Shown one piece after another: positions 47,304 to 55,635 of a DNA stretch of 64,000 nt. This DNA is from a virus, in IMG/VR virus record IMGVR_UViG_3300026263_000200; one strand, given 5' to 3'. The notes beneath the pieces were generated by a model. It worked only from the letters and a program-made list of their open reading frames with translations. It did no database searches and was not told where the DNA came from. The position numbers and the translations under genes are program-made. The number at the start of each line of letters is the position of its first letter. Positions within the stretch are counted from its first letter, which is position 1.

Positions 47304-47858
47304 ATGGAAGAGTTAAATAGAAGATATGAAGTCATAGACAATTTCTTACAACCAAATGTGTTTGAGAAATTAAAGAAAACGATAATGGGTACCTACTTTC
47401 CTTGGTTTCATTATGATACAATAATATTACCAGGTGAACATAAAAAAGATATGACATTTTATTCAATGCATATGTTATACGATAATGACAGACCAACATT
47501 TACTAATTCTTTTGAATTAATGGATCCAGTATTGGGTGAGTTAATGAAACTTGATGATCCTAAATTTCGTATGAATACTTTAATAAGGTCAAAAATTAAT
47601 AACTATCCTAATCAAGGTACATTTAGGGAACATACTATGCATACAGATTGGCCGAGTAAAGGTGATTTAAACCGTAAGGCGTGTTTATTTGGAATAAACA
47701 CTTGCGATGGATATACCAAGTTTGATGATGGAAAAGAGTCAGTTAAAATTGATAGTAAAGCAAATAGAGCAATATTATTTGATTCAACTATACCACATTG
47801 CAGTACAAATACAACAAACGATACAAGGAGAGTTAATATAAACTTTAACTATTTTTAA
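47304..47858 (+). CDS. putative 2OG-Fe(II) oxygenase
   Basis: IDNFL, FPW, HTD, NTCDGYT, NRAILFD..PH, RVNINFNYF. Confidence 0.75.
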   Translation: MEELNRRYEVIDNFLQPNVFEKLKKTIMGTYFPWFHYDTIILPGEHKKDMTFYSMHMLYDNDRPTFTNSFELMDPVLGELMKLDDPKFRMNTLIRSKINNYPNQGTFREHTMHTDWPSKGDLNRKACLFGINTCDGYTKFDDGKESVKIDSKANRAILFDSTIPHCSTNTTNDTRRVNINFNYF

Positions 47859-47859
47859 T

Positions 47860-48397
47860 ATGAAAACTATAATACTAGATAATTTTTTAAATAAAACACA
47901 TTTTGATGAATTACAAGCAAAGGTAATGGGTAGATACTTTCCCTGGTTCTATTATGAATACAATAGTAAAAGAAGCAGAAAGAGGACAAATAGGTAATCA
48001 ATTCTTTAATATGCATATGTTATATGATAATGATAGACCAACATTTAATACATCTTTTGAATTAATGGAACCAATTTTGAATAAATTATATGAACGTGAT
48101 GATGATTATAAGTTGAAATCTTTAGTAAGAGTAAAAATAAATTCATATCCTAATCAAAATAAATTTATTGAACATAGTATGCACCAAGATTTTCCACCTA
48201 GTGACTTACATACTATTACATATAAGTCGTGTCTTTTTTGTTTAAACACGTGTGATGGTTATACAAAACTTGAAGATGGTACTAAAATTGATAGTATTGC
48301 AAATAGAGCAATACTATTTGATACAACTAAACCACATTGCAGTACAAACACAACAGACCAACCACGGAGAGTTAATATAAATTTTAATTATTTTTAA
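47860..48397 (+). pseudogene. tandem paralog of the preceding oxygenase with a +1 frameshift near 47957 (pseudogene or sequencing error)
   Basis: MKTIILDNFL...YFPWFYY in one frame continues as (D)TIVKEAE... in the next frame; GAATACA stands where GAT ACA is expected. Confidence 0.75.
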
Positions 48398-48398
48398 T

Positions 48399-49304
48399 AT
48401 GATAATGACAGATAAAGACGCTGAAGACTATTACAAAATGATAGGAGAACTAAAAGAAGAAAAAAGGTCTGCTAGAGTATTCTGTATTGGTAATGGCGAA
48501 AGTAGAATTGGTTTAGATTTAAACAAGTACAAAGAATTTGGTAAGATATATGGTTGCAATGCCATATATAGAGATTATCCTAATTTATGTGATGTGTTAA
48601 CTGGTGTAGACCACGGTATAGTCCACGAAATGTACCACGCAGGTATGGCACAAAAGATACCTTGTTATTTTAGAAATTGGACTAAAGTGCCTACTCAAAC
48701 ATATGACGCAATTATACAAGATGGTTTACCTAAAGAAGATTTAGAATGGGCAAAACAAAATGGTGGTATAATTAGTAATGAACGTGGCGATAGTAAAGAA
48801 TATGTTTTACACGGTGCTAACTTAAAAGGTATAGTGAGTATATTAAAAAAAGATGGTGCAGTTACTAAACAAAATGCTATTAATTCAACAATCAAAGTTA
48901 GTTGGATAAAAGAACCAGATTACTCACACTCAATAGACGATATAAGCGACCCTAGAGACCACGGTTGGGCGTGTGGACCTTCTTCTGGATTGGTTGCAAT
49001 TAAGAGAGAGAATCCTTGTGAAGTGTATATAATGGGACACGATTTATATAGTCATAATGATAAGATTAATAACATATACAAGAGTACTAAGCATTATACA
49101 GCAAAAGATAACAGTCCAACACCAGCTATCAATTGGATTAATCAATGGAAGACGTTAGTGGAGTGGTATCCAAAGATAAATTTTTATAAGGTTAATAGAT
49201 ATAATGACGGTAGGGATAAGGTCAACGGTCCTATTGAAGAGTGGAAGAATCTATCAAATATTAAGTACATAGATTATACCACAGTTGACAAAATGCTCAA
49301 ATAA
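48399..49304 (+). CDS. hypothetical protein with a Maf/DUF115-like transferase N-terminus
   Basis: CIGNGESR, YGCNAIYRD, GWACG, MGHD, NIYK. Confidence 0.55.
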   Translation: MIMTDKDAEDYYKMIGELKEEKRSARVFCIGNGESRIGLDLNKYKEFGKIYGCNAIYRDYPNLCDVLTGVDHGIVHEMYHAGMAQKIPCYFRNWTKVPTQTYDAIIQDGLPKEDLEWAKQNGGIISNERGDSKEYVLHGANLKGIVSILKKDGAVTKQNAINSTIKVSWIKEPDYSHSIDDISDPRDHGWACGPSSGLVAIKRENPCEVYIMGHDLYSHNDKINNIYKSTKHYTAKDNSPTPAINWINQWKTLVEWYPKINFYKVNRYNDGRDKVNGPIEEWKNLSNIKYIDYTTVDKMLK

Positions 49305-49335
49305 TGTTATATTAGACATAATGAGTGTATAAATA
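49285..49335 (+). promoter_or_regulatory. tandem sigma70 (TTGACA-N17-TATATT) and late (TATAAATA) promoters for gp32
   Basis: TTGACA 49285-90; TATATT 49308-13; TATAAATA 49328-35. Confidence 0.75.
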
Positions 49336-49401
49336 ATAATGAACCCGATAATATAGGGTACACAAATACAACGAATATGTTAATACAAGGAGAAAATACA
49401 T

Positions 49402-50292
49402 ATGGATTTTGAAACATTAAAATCATCATCAAGTAACTTTGATAAGATTACAAAGGCACTTGAAAAGAACCTCGGTCCCGAGGATCAAGCAAACAAAAAC
49501 AAGTATCAAGACGACAGACTTTGGAAACCAGAGTTAGATAAAACTGGTAACGGTTATGCTGTTATTAGATTTTTACCTGCGTCTAACAACGAAGAAATGC
49601 CTTGGCAAAGAGTATGGTCACACGCATTTCAAGACAAAGGCGGTTGGTACATTGAAAATTCATTAACAACTTTAAATACTAAAGATCCAGTTAGTGAAGA
49701 TAATACTAGATTATGGAATACAGGTGTAGATAGTGATAAAGATATTGCTCGTAAGAGAAAAAGAAAATTATCATACTATTCTAACATCTATATTGTTAGT
49801 GATCCAAAACATCCCGAAAATGAAGGCAAAGTTTTCTTATACAAATTTGGTAAAAAGATATTTGATAAGATATCAGAAGCAATGCAACCTCAATTTGCGG
49901 ATGAAAAAGCAATCAACCCATTTGATTTTTGGAAAGGTGCAAACTTTAAACTAAAAATTAGAAAAGTTGATGGTTATTGGAACTACGACAAATCTGAATT
50001 TGAAGGTGTTACGCCAGTAGCAAAAGAAGACGCTACTATCAAAGAAATTTGGGCGAAACAATACCCTTTGAAACCTTTTGTAGACCCTAGTAATTTTAAA
50101 TCTTATGACGAACTCAAAGAGAAACTGAATAGGATAATTATGGGTACACGAAGCACCGAAACTGTTGAAACAGTTGACCTCCCACAACAGACCAATGGTC
50201 AGGTGAAAAGTACTAACGTTGTGAACTCTAAACCTGCTAGCGAGGAAGACGATACGTTGTCTTATTTTAGTAAATTGGCAGACGAAGAGTAA
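49402..50292 (+). CDS. gp32: single-stranded DNA-binding protein (T4 gp32)
   Basis: DDRLWKP.LDKTGNGYAVIRFLP, WYIENSLTT, GKKIFDKI, GANFKLK, YDKSEF; acidic tail. Confidence 0.97.
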   Translation: MDFETLKSSSSNFDKITKALEKNLGPEDQANKNKYQDDRLWKPELDKTGNGYAVIRFLPASNNEEMPWQRVWSHAFQDKGGWYIENSLTTLNTKDPVSEDNTRLWNTGVDSDKDIARKRKRKLSYYSNIYIVSDPKHPENEGKVFLYKFGKKIFDKISEAMQPQFADEKAINPFDFWKGANFKLKIRKVDGYWNYDKSEFEGVTPVAKEDATIKEIWAKQYPLKPFVDPSNFKSYDELKEKLNRIIMGTRSTETVETVDLPQQTNGQVKSTNVVNSKPASEEDDTLSYFSKLADEE

Positions 50293-50323
50293 ACCTTTCT
50301 CTCTCAAATAAACGTTAAAACTT

Positions 50324-50354
50324 AAAGGGCACCTAGTAATAGGTGCCCTTTTTC
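50324..50354 (+). terminator. Rho-independent terminator
   Basis: AAAGGGCACCTA-GTAA-TAGGTGCCCTTT followed by more T. Confidence 0.9.
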
Positions 50355-50356
50355 AT

Positions 50357-50364
50357 TATAAATA
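50357..50364 (+). promoter_or_regulatory. T4 late promoter TATAAATA
   Basis: 5 nt before the ATG at 50370. Confidence 0.8.
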
Positions 50365-50369
50365 GTAGT

Positions 50370-50924
50370 ATGGCAAATATATTTGGACCAATAAAAGATA
50401 GACAAGCAGGTGTACTTAAATCAGCACAATGGTATAGAAATGCTGTACAAGGTATAGCTAATAAGGCAACTTCTACTGGTCTTATGCGACAAGGTAAATT
50501 AAATCAAAGACCTAGCGCAGGACGTTTAAATATGTTCTTTTATGATCCTAAAACTAAAAAGAAACTACCATATTATGACACATTTCCATTAATTTTGCCA
50601 GTAGACACATTTAAAGGTGGTTTTGTAGGGTTAAATTTTCACTACTTACCATATATAATGAGATTTAGATTATTACAAGACATACAAAAATATGCTAGTA
50701 ATACACAATTTGACAGTACAACAAAAATAATGGCAACATATACAACACTTAAAAATATACCTATGATTAAACCAACAATTAAAAAATATTTGTGGCGACA
50801 CGTAAGGTCAAACTTTTTAAGAGTAGACGCAGACGAAATGGCGATTGCAGTATATCTTCCATTACAACAATTTAAGAAGGCACCAGCTAGTAAAGTCTGG
50901 TCCGACAGTAGGAAAGCAATTTGA
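50370..50924 (+). CDS. gp2: DNA end protector protein (T4 gp2-like)
   Basis: MFFYDPKTKKKLPYYDTFPL, GLNFHYLP, IKKYL. Confidence 0.88.
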   Translation: MANIFGPIKDRQAGVLKSAQWYRNAVQGIANKATSTGLMRQGKLNQRPSAGRLNMFFYDPKTKKKLPYYDTFPLILPVDTFKGGFVGLNFHYLPYIMRFRLLQDIQKYASNTQFDSTTKIMATYTTLKNIPMIKPTIKKYLWRHVRSNFLRVDADEMAIAVYLPLQQFKKAPASKVWSDSRKAI

Positions 50925-50933
50925 TAAAAGACT

Positions 50934-51071
50934 ATGGCAAAGAGAACATTATGGAGAGTTATGATAGTTAAGTTAAGGATGTGGTATGCCGACATTAGAG
51001 GACACCACGGACATAAATGGAACTACGAACCATCCGAGCATTATATGGGTATGCATAAAAAAAGGAAGTAA
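50934..51071 (+). CDS. small His-rich basic protein (45 aa)
   Basis: MAKRTLWRVMIVKLRMWYADIRGHHGHKWNYEPSEHYMGMHKKRK. Confidence 0.55.
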   Translation: MAKRTLWRVMIVKLRMWYADIRGHHGHKWNYEPSEHYMGMHKKRK

Positions 51072-51073
51072 AT

Positions 51074-52039
51074 ATGGCAATATTTAGAGCAGGCAAACGT
51101 ATCGGTAATATGGATATCCGAGTAGGACTTCCAAGAGATAGAACTTTAGATAACGTTGAAGGAGATGAAAGAATTACACAACACCAACCTGGTGTTAATA
51201 GAAAAACAACTATTGGAAGATTTATAAGTGAAATTAATAGAGGTGAAGGTGTTGCTAGAGCAAATAGATTTTTAATTAGATTATTTCCACCAAGGGATGT
51301 AACTACAGTAGATGAAGTTGGATCTGATTTTGCTGGTTTTGATAAAGATAGTCTTCTTAATGAAGCAGGAATGAAAGGTAATGTAGAGTTGATGTGTACT
51401 CAAGCAAAATTACCTCATAGGGATGTATTAACACAAAATTTTGTAACTTATGGACCAGGTAGAAAAATGCCTTATGCATATGGATATGGTTCAAATATTG
51501 AGTGTATGTTTATGGGAGATAAGTTTTTAAGACAAAGAGCATTTTTTGAAACTTGGCAAGGCAAAATGCATAGTCTTGATACACACAATTTAAAATACTA
51601 TGATGATTATGTAGGTAGTATGGAAATTTATCAGTTAGGACAATATAGAGAATCAGACAAAGAAAATCCTGATGATAATTATAGAATGACCTATGGTATA
51701 AGATTGCACGAAGTATATCCAGAAACAATTGGTGAAGTACAATATCAATCATTAACGGATGATGTGATACCTATGGATATACCAATAACATTTGCATTTA
51801 GAACTTGGGAGAATATAACACTAGACGCAGTAAACGGTGTTGAATATGGTAAACATATTCCAGATATGCCTAACATTAAACCTGCTAAGAACTATGGAAT
51901 ATTTGGTGGAATATTAGCAAAAATGCCACCAGAGATTAAAAGAGCAAGTAAACAAGTTATTGATAAAGTTAAAAGAGATATGCCTATTGGTAAGGGCACA
52001 GGAGGCAGGGTGTTCCCACCTTTTGAGATAAATAAGTAA
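51074..52039 (+). CDS. gp54: baseplate-tail tube initiator (T4 gp54-like)
   Basis: GVARANRF, MCTQAKLP, FFETWQ, YYDDYVG, LHEVYP, TFAFRTW; position before gp26. Confidence 0.7.
   Translation: MAIFRAGKRIGNMDIRVGLPRDRTLDNVEGDERITQHQPGVNRKTTIGRFISEINRGEGVARANRFLIRLFPPRDVTTVDEVGSDFAGFDKDSLLNEAGMKGNVELMCTQAKLPHRDVLTQNFVTYGPGRKMPYAYGYGSNIECMFMGDKFLRQRAFFETWQGKMHSLDTHNLKYYDDYVGSMEIYQLGQYRESDKENPDDNYRMTYGIRLHEVYPETIGEVQYQSLTDDVIPMDIPITFAFRTWENITLDAVNGVEYGKHIPDMPNIKPAKNYGIFGGILAKMPPEIKRASKQVIDKVKRDMPIGKGTGGRVFPPFEINK
52027..52034 (+). promoter_or_regulatory. late promoter variant GATAAATA
   Basis: Upstream of gp26. Confidence 0.55.
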
Positions 52040-52061
52040 TATAATATAAAAGGAGTAAATT

Positions 52062-52802
52062 ATGGCATTACCTATATTAGAAACAGCGACATATGAATTG
52101 ACATTACCATCTAAAGATGTTAAGGTTAAATTTAGACCTTTTCTAGTAAAAGAAGAAAAGATATTATTACAGGCATTAGAGTCTGGTGATAATAAAGATA
52201 TGACTAGTGCTTTGAAACAAATAGTACACGCTTGTACATTTGGAACTATAGATATTAATACACTACCTATATTTGATGTAGAGTATATATTTTTACAGAT
52301 AAGAGCAAAGTCAGTTGGTGAAATAACAAAACTTAAATTGTTATGTCCTGACGATAGGAAATCTTACGCAGAAATTGAAATAGATTTGTCTAAAGTGGAA
52401 GTCCACGTAGATGAAGACCATACTAATAATATTGTGATTGATGAAAAGAAAAAGATAGGATTGGTTATGAGTTATCCTACCATAAATTCAGTTGATCCAG
52501 AAGCAGGTAGTAAAGAAGGTATGAAAACCAAGCAAATGTTTGAAATGCTGGCGAATACCGTCCATCAAGTGTATGAAGGTGATAAAATACACCCTGCTGG
52601 TGACTATAGTAAAGCCGAAATGCATAAGTTTTTAGAGAGTTTAGACGCAAAAACGTATCAAAAAATCAATAATTTTTTCAATACTATGCCTAGACTAAAG
52701 CAAGACGTAGAAATAGAGAATCCTAACACGAAAGTTAAGAGTAAACTTACGTTGCAAGGAATAGCTGATTTTTTCGTATTGCCCTCTCTCACGAATCGTT
52801 AG
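52062..52802 (+). CDS. gp26: baseplate hub assembly protein (annotated as gp26 in marine T4-like phages)
   Basis: MALP, YELTLPS, FRPFLVKEEK, FDVEYIFLQIRAKSVGE, FFNTMP, GIADFF. Confidence 0.9.
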   Translation: MALPILETATYELTLPSKDVKVKFRPFLVKEEKILLQALESGDNKDMTSALKQIVHACTFGTIDINTLPIFDVEYIFLQIRAKSVGEITKLKLLCPDDRKSYAEIEIDLSKVEVHVDEDHTNNIVIDEKKKIGLVMSYPTINSVDPEAGSKEGMKTKQMFEMLANTVHQVYEGDKIHPAGDYSKAEMHKFLESLDAKTYQKINNFFNTMPRLKQDVEIENPNTKVKSKLTLQGIADFFVLPSLTNR

Positions 52803-52969
52803 AGAATTACTATCAAGTGAATTTTGCATTAATGCAACATCATAAATATTCATTGACTGAATTGGAGAATATGGTGCCTTGGGAGAGGGAAATATATGTG
52901 AGTTTATTAACTAATTATATCAAGGAAGAGAATGATAGAGTTAGATTAAAACAAGCAGGTCAAAAATAA
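52769..52969 (+). CDS. gp51: baseplate hub assembly catalyst (gp51-like); no start codon before the conserved N-terminus, probably reached by a -1 frameshift
   Basis: The -1 frame reads RIALSHESLENYYQVNFALMQHHKYSLTELENMVPWEREIY...; it opens exactly at T TTT TTC. Confidence 0.75.
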   Translation, partial: FFRIALSHESLENYYQVNFALMQHHKYSLTELENMVPWEREIYVSLLTNYIKEENDRVRLKQAGQK

Positions 52970-52978
52970 AAGGGAGTT

Positions 52979-53297
52979 ATGGCAGACGATTTAATAAAAG
53001 TAAAAAAGACTACTGAAGAGTATGAAGTAGCAAAGAGTGATTTGATACCTAGTGAAGGTGAAGACGCCGCTACTTGGTACAATAAAACAAGGTCTATTAG
53101 ACAAATTTAGGGTTATACCTAGACTAGTAATGTTGGCATATATCTATGCCTTCTATAAATCAGTAACTTGGTTTATGACATTACCCGATCCAACCAATTC
53201 ACAGGCAATGTACATATCAACTATAGTTGGTGCTGGTGCTGCCTTCTTTGGATTATATGTTGGCAAACCAGGTGCGAAGTTACCTAAAAAGAAATAG
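52979..53297 (+). pseudogene. two-TM membrane protein with a +1 frameshift near 53090 (pseudogene or sequencing error)
   Basis: RBS GGGAG and ATG at 52979 give MADDLIKVKK...ATWYNKT; continues as GLLDKFRVIPRLVML... in the next frame. Confidence 0.6.
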
Positions 53298-53299
53298 TT

Positions 53300-53755
53300 A
53301 TGGCAAAGAATAGATTAGACATATCAGACCAAACGGCAGTAAGTATGCCTATGAAGAATTTAATTGCCATAGTCGGAGCAGTTGCTATGGGAGTGTGGGC
53401 TTACTTCGGTGTGATTGAGCGATTAAATAAATTGGAAACCAATACTACATTATTAGAAAAAGATTTAAACCAAGCAGAAGAAGCTTTAACTGCTGACATA
53501 GAGAAGAACAACGAATTTAGAATTAAGTGGCCGAGAGGTGATTTAGGTTCACCACCTGCTGATTCTGAGCAATTTATGTTGATAGAATTTTTAAGTGGAC
53601 AAGTGGAATCAATATCAAAACAACTTGAAGGTATGATGAACAATAAAGTGAACATTGAAAGGTTGCAGACTGATATGGAGAAGGTTTTACAGGATATAGA
53701 AAAATTAAAGGACAAATTTAGAAGTGTCAAAAATGGACACACAACAGGAGAATAA
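53300..53755 (+). CDS. TM plus coiled-coil hypothetical protein
   Basis: SMPMKNLIAIV, WPRG, PADSEQFMLIE. Confidence 0.7.
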   Translation: MAKNRLDISDQTAVSMPMKNLIAIVGAVAMGVWAYFGVIERLNKLETNTTLLEKDLNQAEEALTADIEKNNEFRIKWPRGDLGSPPADSEQFMLIEFLSGQVESISKQLEGMMNNKVNIERLQTDMEKVLQDIEKLKDKFRSVKNGHTTGE

Positions 53756-53758
53756 GGT

Positions 53759-54058
53759 ATGGACGCAACAACACTAATTACCATTATAACAATGTTTATT
53801 GTGACCGATACTTCAAGCGAATTCGTTAAGTACGATGGATTAATGGATTGCTTGAAAGAGAAGAGAGCAATAGAAAAGTTAAAAGATGGTCGTAGAGTTA
53901 TTTGTGGTCCATCTTTAGCAGAAGTTGATGCTGATGGCAATATCATTAGTATTAAAAACAAAATGCCTGACCAATCAGGTAGTTTGAAACTAGGTGGTAC
54001 TGCTAAATCATTATCAGAAAAGAAAAAACAAAAGAAAATTAAAGTATTAACACAATAG
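53759..54058 (+). CDS. hypothetical protein
   Basis: DCLKEKR motif shared with 55150..55632 (DCLKTKR). Confidence 0.6.
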   Translation: MDATTLITIITMFIVTDTSSEFVKYDGLMDCLKEKRAIEKLKDGRRVICGPSLAEVDADGNIISIKNKMPDQSGSLKLGGTAKSLSEKKKQKKIKVLTQ

Positions 54059-54065
54059 GATTATT

Positions 54066-55142
54066 ATGAAATTTAAATTTAAAAACAATATACAAAACAT
54101 TATTGGTGTTGTGATGTTAGTTGCTGTATTATTAGCAGTAGCTTTTACTAGCAATACTAAAAAAGGTGATAAAATTGAAGTAGTTAAAGAAATAGGATTA
54201 CTTCAACAAGTTAAAGAACGAGGTTATATTATATGTGGAGTTAATGCTAACTTACCAGGATTTTCTGCTCAAGACGAGAGTGGAACTTGGAGTGGTTTAG
54301 ATGTTGATTTCTGTAAGGCAGTTTCAGCTGCTATATTTGGTGATTCAAATCAAGTAGAATTTGTAGGATTAAATGCTGCTCAAAGATTTCCAACATTAGC
54401 GTCAGGTAATATTGATGTACTTGCAAGAAACACAACGTGGACAATAAGTCGTGATGTTAACTTGATGTTTGAATTTGCAGGTGTAAACTATTATGATGGA
54501 CAAGGGTTTTTAATACCAACAGAATTAGGAATTAAAAGTGCTAAAGGTTTAGATGGTGCGTTTGTATGTATTACAAAAGAAACTACAAGTGAATTAAATC
54601 TAAATGATTATTTTGCAGAAAACAATATGGCATATAAACCAATATATGTTGAAGGTAATAAAGAAGCAAAAGCAAAACTATTTGGTGGTGAGTGTGATGT
54701 ATTCACAACAGACGCCTCTGGTTTAGCAAGTGCTAGGTCTGGTGCAGACGATCCAAGTAAATGGATAGTATTACCAGAAATTATATCTAAAGAACCATTA
54801 GGTCCACTTGTAAGACAAGGCGACCAAGAGTGGGAAGACGTAGTTAGATGGACACATTTTATAATGGTTAATGCTGAAGAAGCAGGAATCACTAGTAGAA
54901 ATGTTGATGAAATGTTAACTGCTAAATCAAAAGAAGTTAAAAGAATATTAGGTGTTGAAGGTTATATCGGTCCTATGTTAGGATTAGGTATGAAGTTTGG
55001 TTATAATATTATTAAACAAGTAGGAAACTATGGGGAATCATTTGAGAGAAATGTAGGACCTGATACTCCACTTGCATTAGAACGAGGATTAAATAATCTT
55101 TGGAATAACGGTGGCGTAATGTACGTACCACCAATTAGATAG
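54066..55142 (+). CDS. aapJ: general L-amino acid ABC transporter substrate-binding protein (AapJ/BztA-like)
   Basis: LPGFS, GLDVDFCKAV, RNTTWT.SRD, YYDGQGF, ISKEPLGP.VRQGD, VGNYGESFERN, RGLNNLW. Confidence 0.92.
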   Translation: MKFKFKNNIQNIIGVVMLVAVLLAVAFTSNTKKGDKIEVVKEIGLLQQVKERGYIICGVNANLPGFSAQDESGTWSGLDVDFCKAVSAAIFGDSNQVEFVGLNAAQRFPTLASGNIDVLARNTTWTISRDVNLMFEFAGVNYYDGQGFLIPTELGIKSAKGLDGAFVCITKETTSELNLNDYFAENNMAYKPIYVEGNKEAKAKLFGGECDVFTTDASGLASARSGADDPSKWIVLPEIISKEPLGPLVRQGDQEWEDVVRWTHFIMVNAEEAGITSRNVDEMLTAKSKEVKRILGVEGYIGPMLGLGMKFGYNIIKQVGNYGESFERNVGPDTPLALERGLNNLWNNGGVMYVPPIR

Positions 55143-55149
55143 GGGAACT

Positions 55150-55632
55150 ATGTTTAAAAAACTAATAGACAAAATAGGATTTAAAAACGGCGATACTAGA
55201 TGGATGATTAAGATTTTAGCAGGTATATTTTTAATTGCTATAGTATTTGGTGTTCTTAAACACAACGCAATGGCTGATTGTACAGGTTGCGGAGAAGACG
55301 GACATCAACAATGTCCTTTAGAAGGTGCTGAACACACACACGATAAACCAGAAGTAGTATTTGCAGTATGTGTATTTTCAGACGGAACATTAATTGACCA
55401 TAAAGGTGCAAATAATATGTCCGATTGCTTAAAGACCAAAAGAGAAGTTGAAAAGGCGTGGAGAAATAGAGCAGATGAAACAGACAGCGTTGAGATTAAC
55501 GGAATTACATATAAGATAGACGGAGAAAGTCTAGCATTTATGTGTGATTTAGTTGACGCCAATGTACATCACTATGAAGATGGTACTTGGGAAATTGTTA
55601 AGATATTAGGCAAACACAAAAAAGAAGAGTAA
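55150..55632 (+). CDS. membrane-anchored Cys/His-containing hypothetical protein
   Basis: TM; CTGCGEDGHQQC. Confidence 0.6.
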   Translation: MFKKLIDKIGFKNGDTRWMIKILAGIFLIAIVFGVLKHNAMADCTGCGEDGHQQCPLEGAEHTHDKPEVVFAVCVFSDGTLIDHKGANNMSDCLKTKREVEKAWRNRADETDSVEINGITYKIDGESLAFMCDLVDANVHHYEDGTWEIVKILGKHKKEE

Positions 55633-55635
55633 TAA

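Noticed and set aside
43974-49313. T4 MotA boxes
   Set aside because: The TGCT motif is too close to the -10 box, a canonical -35 is retained, and no motA-like gene was recognised.
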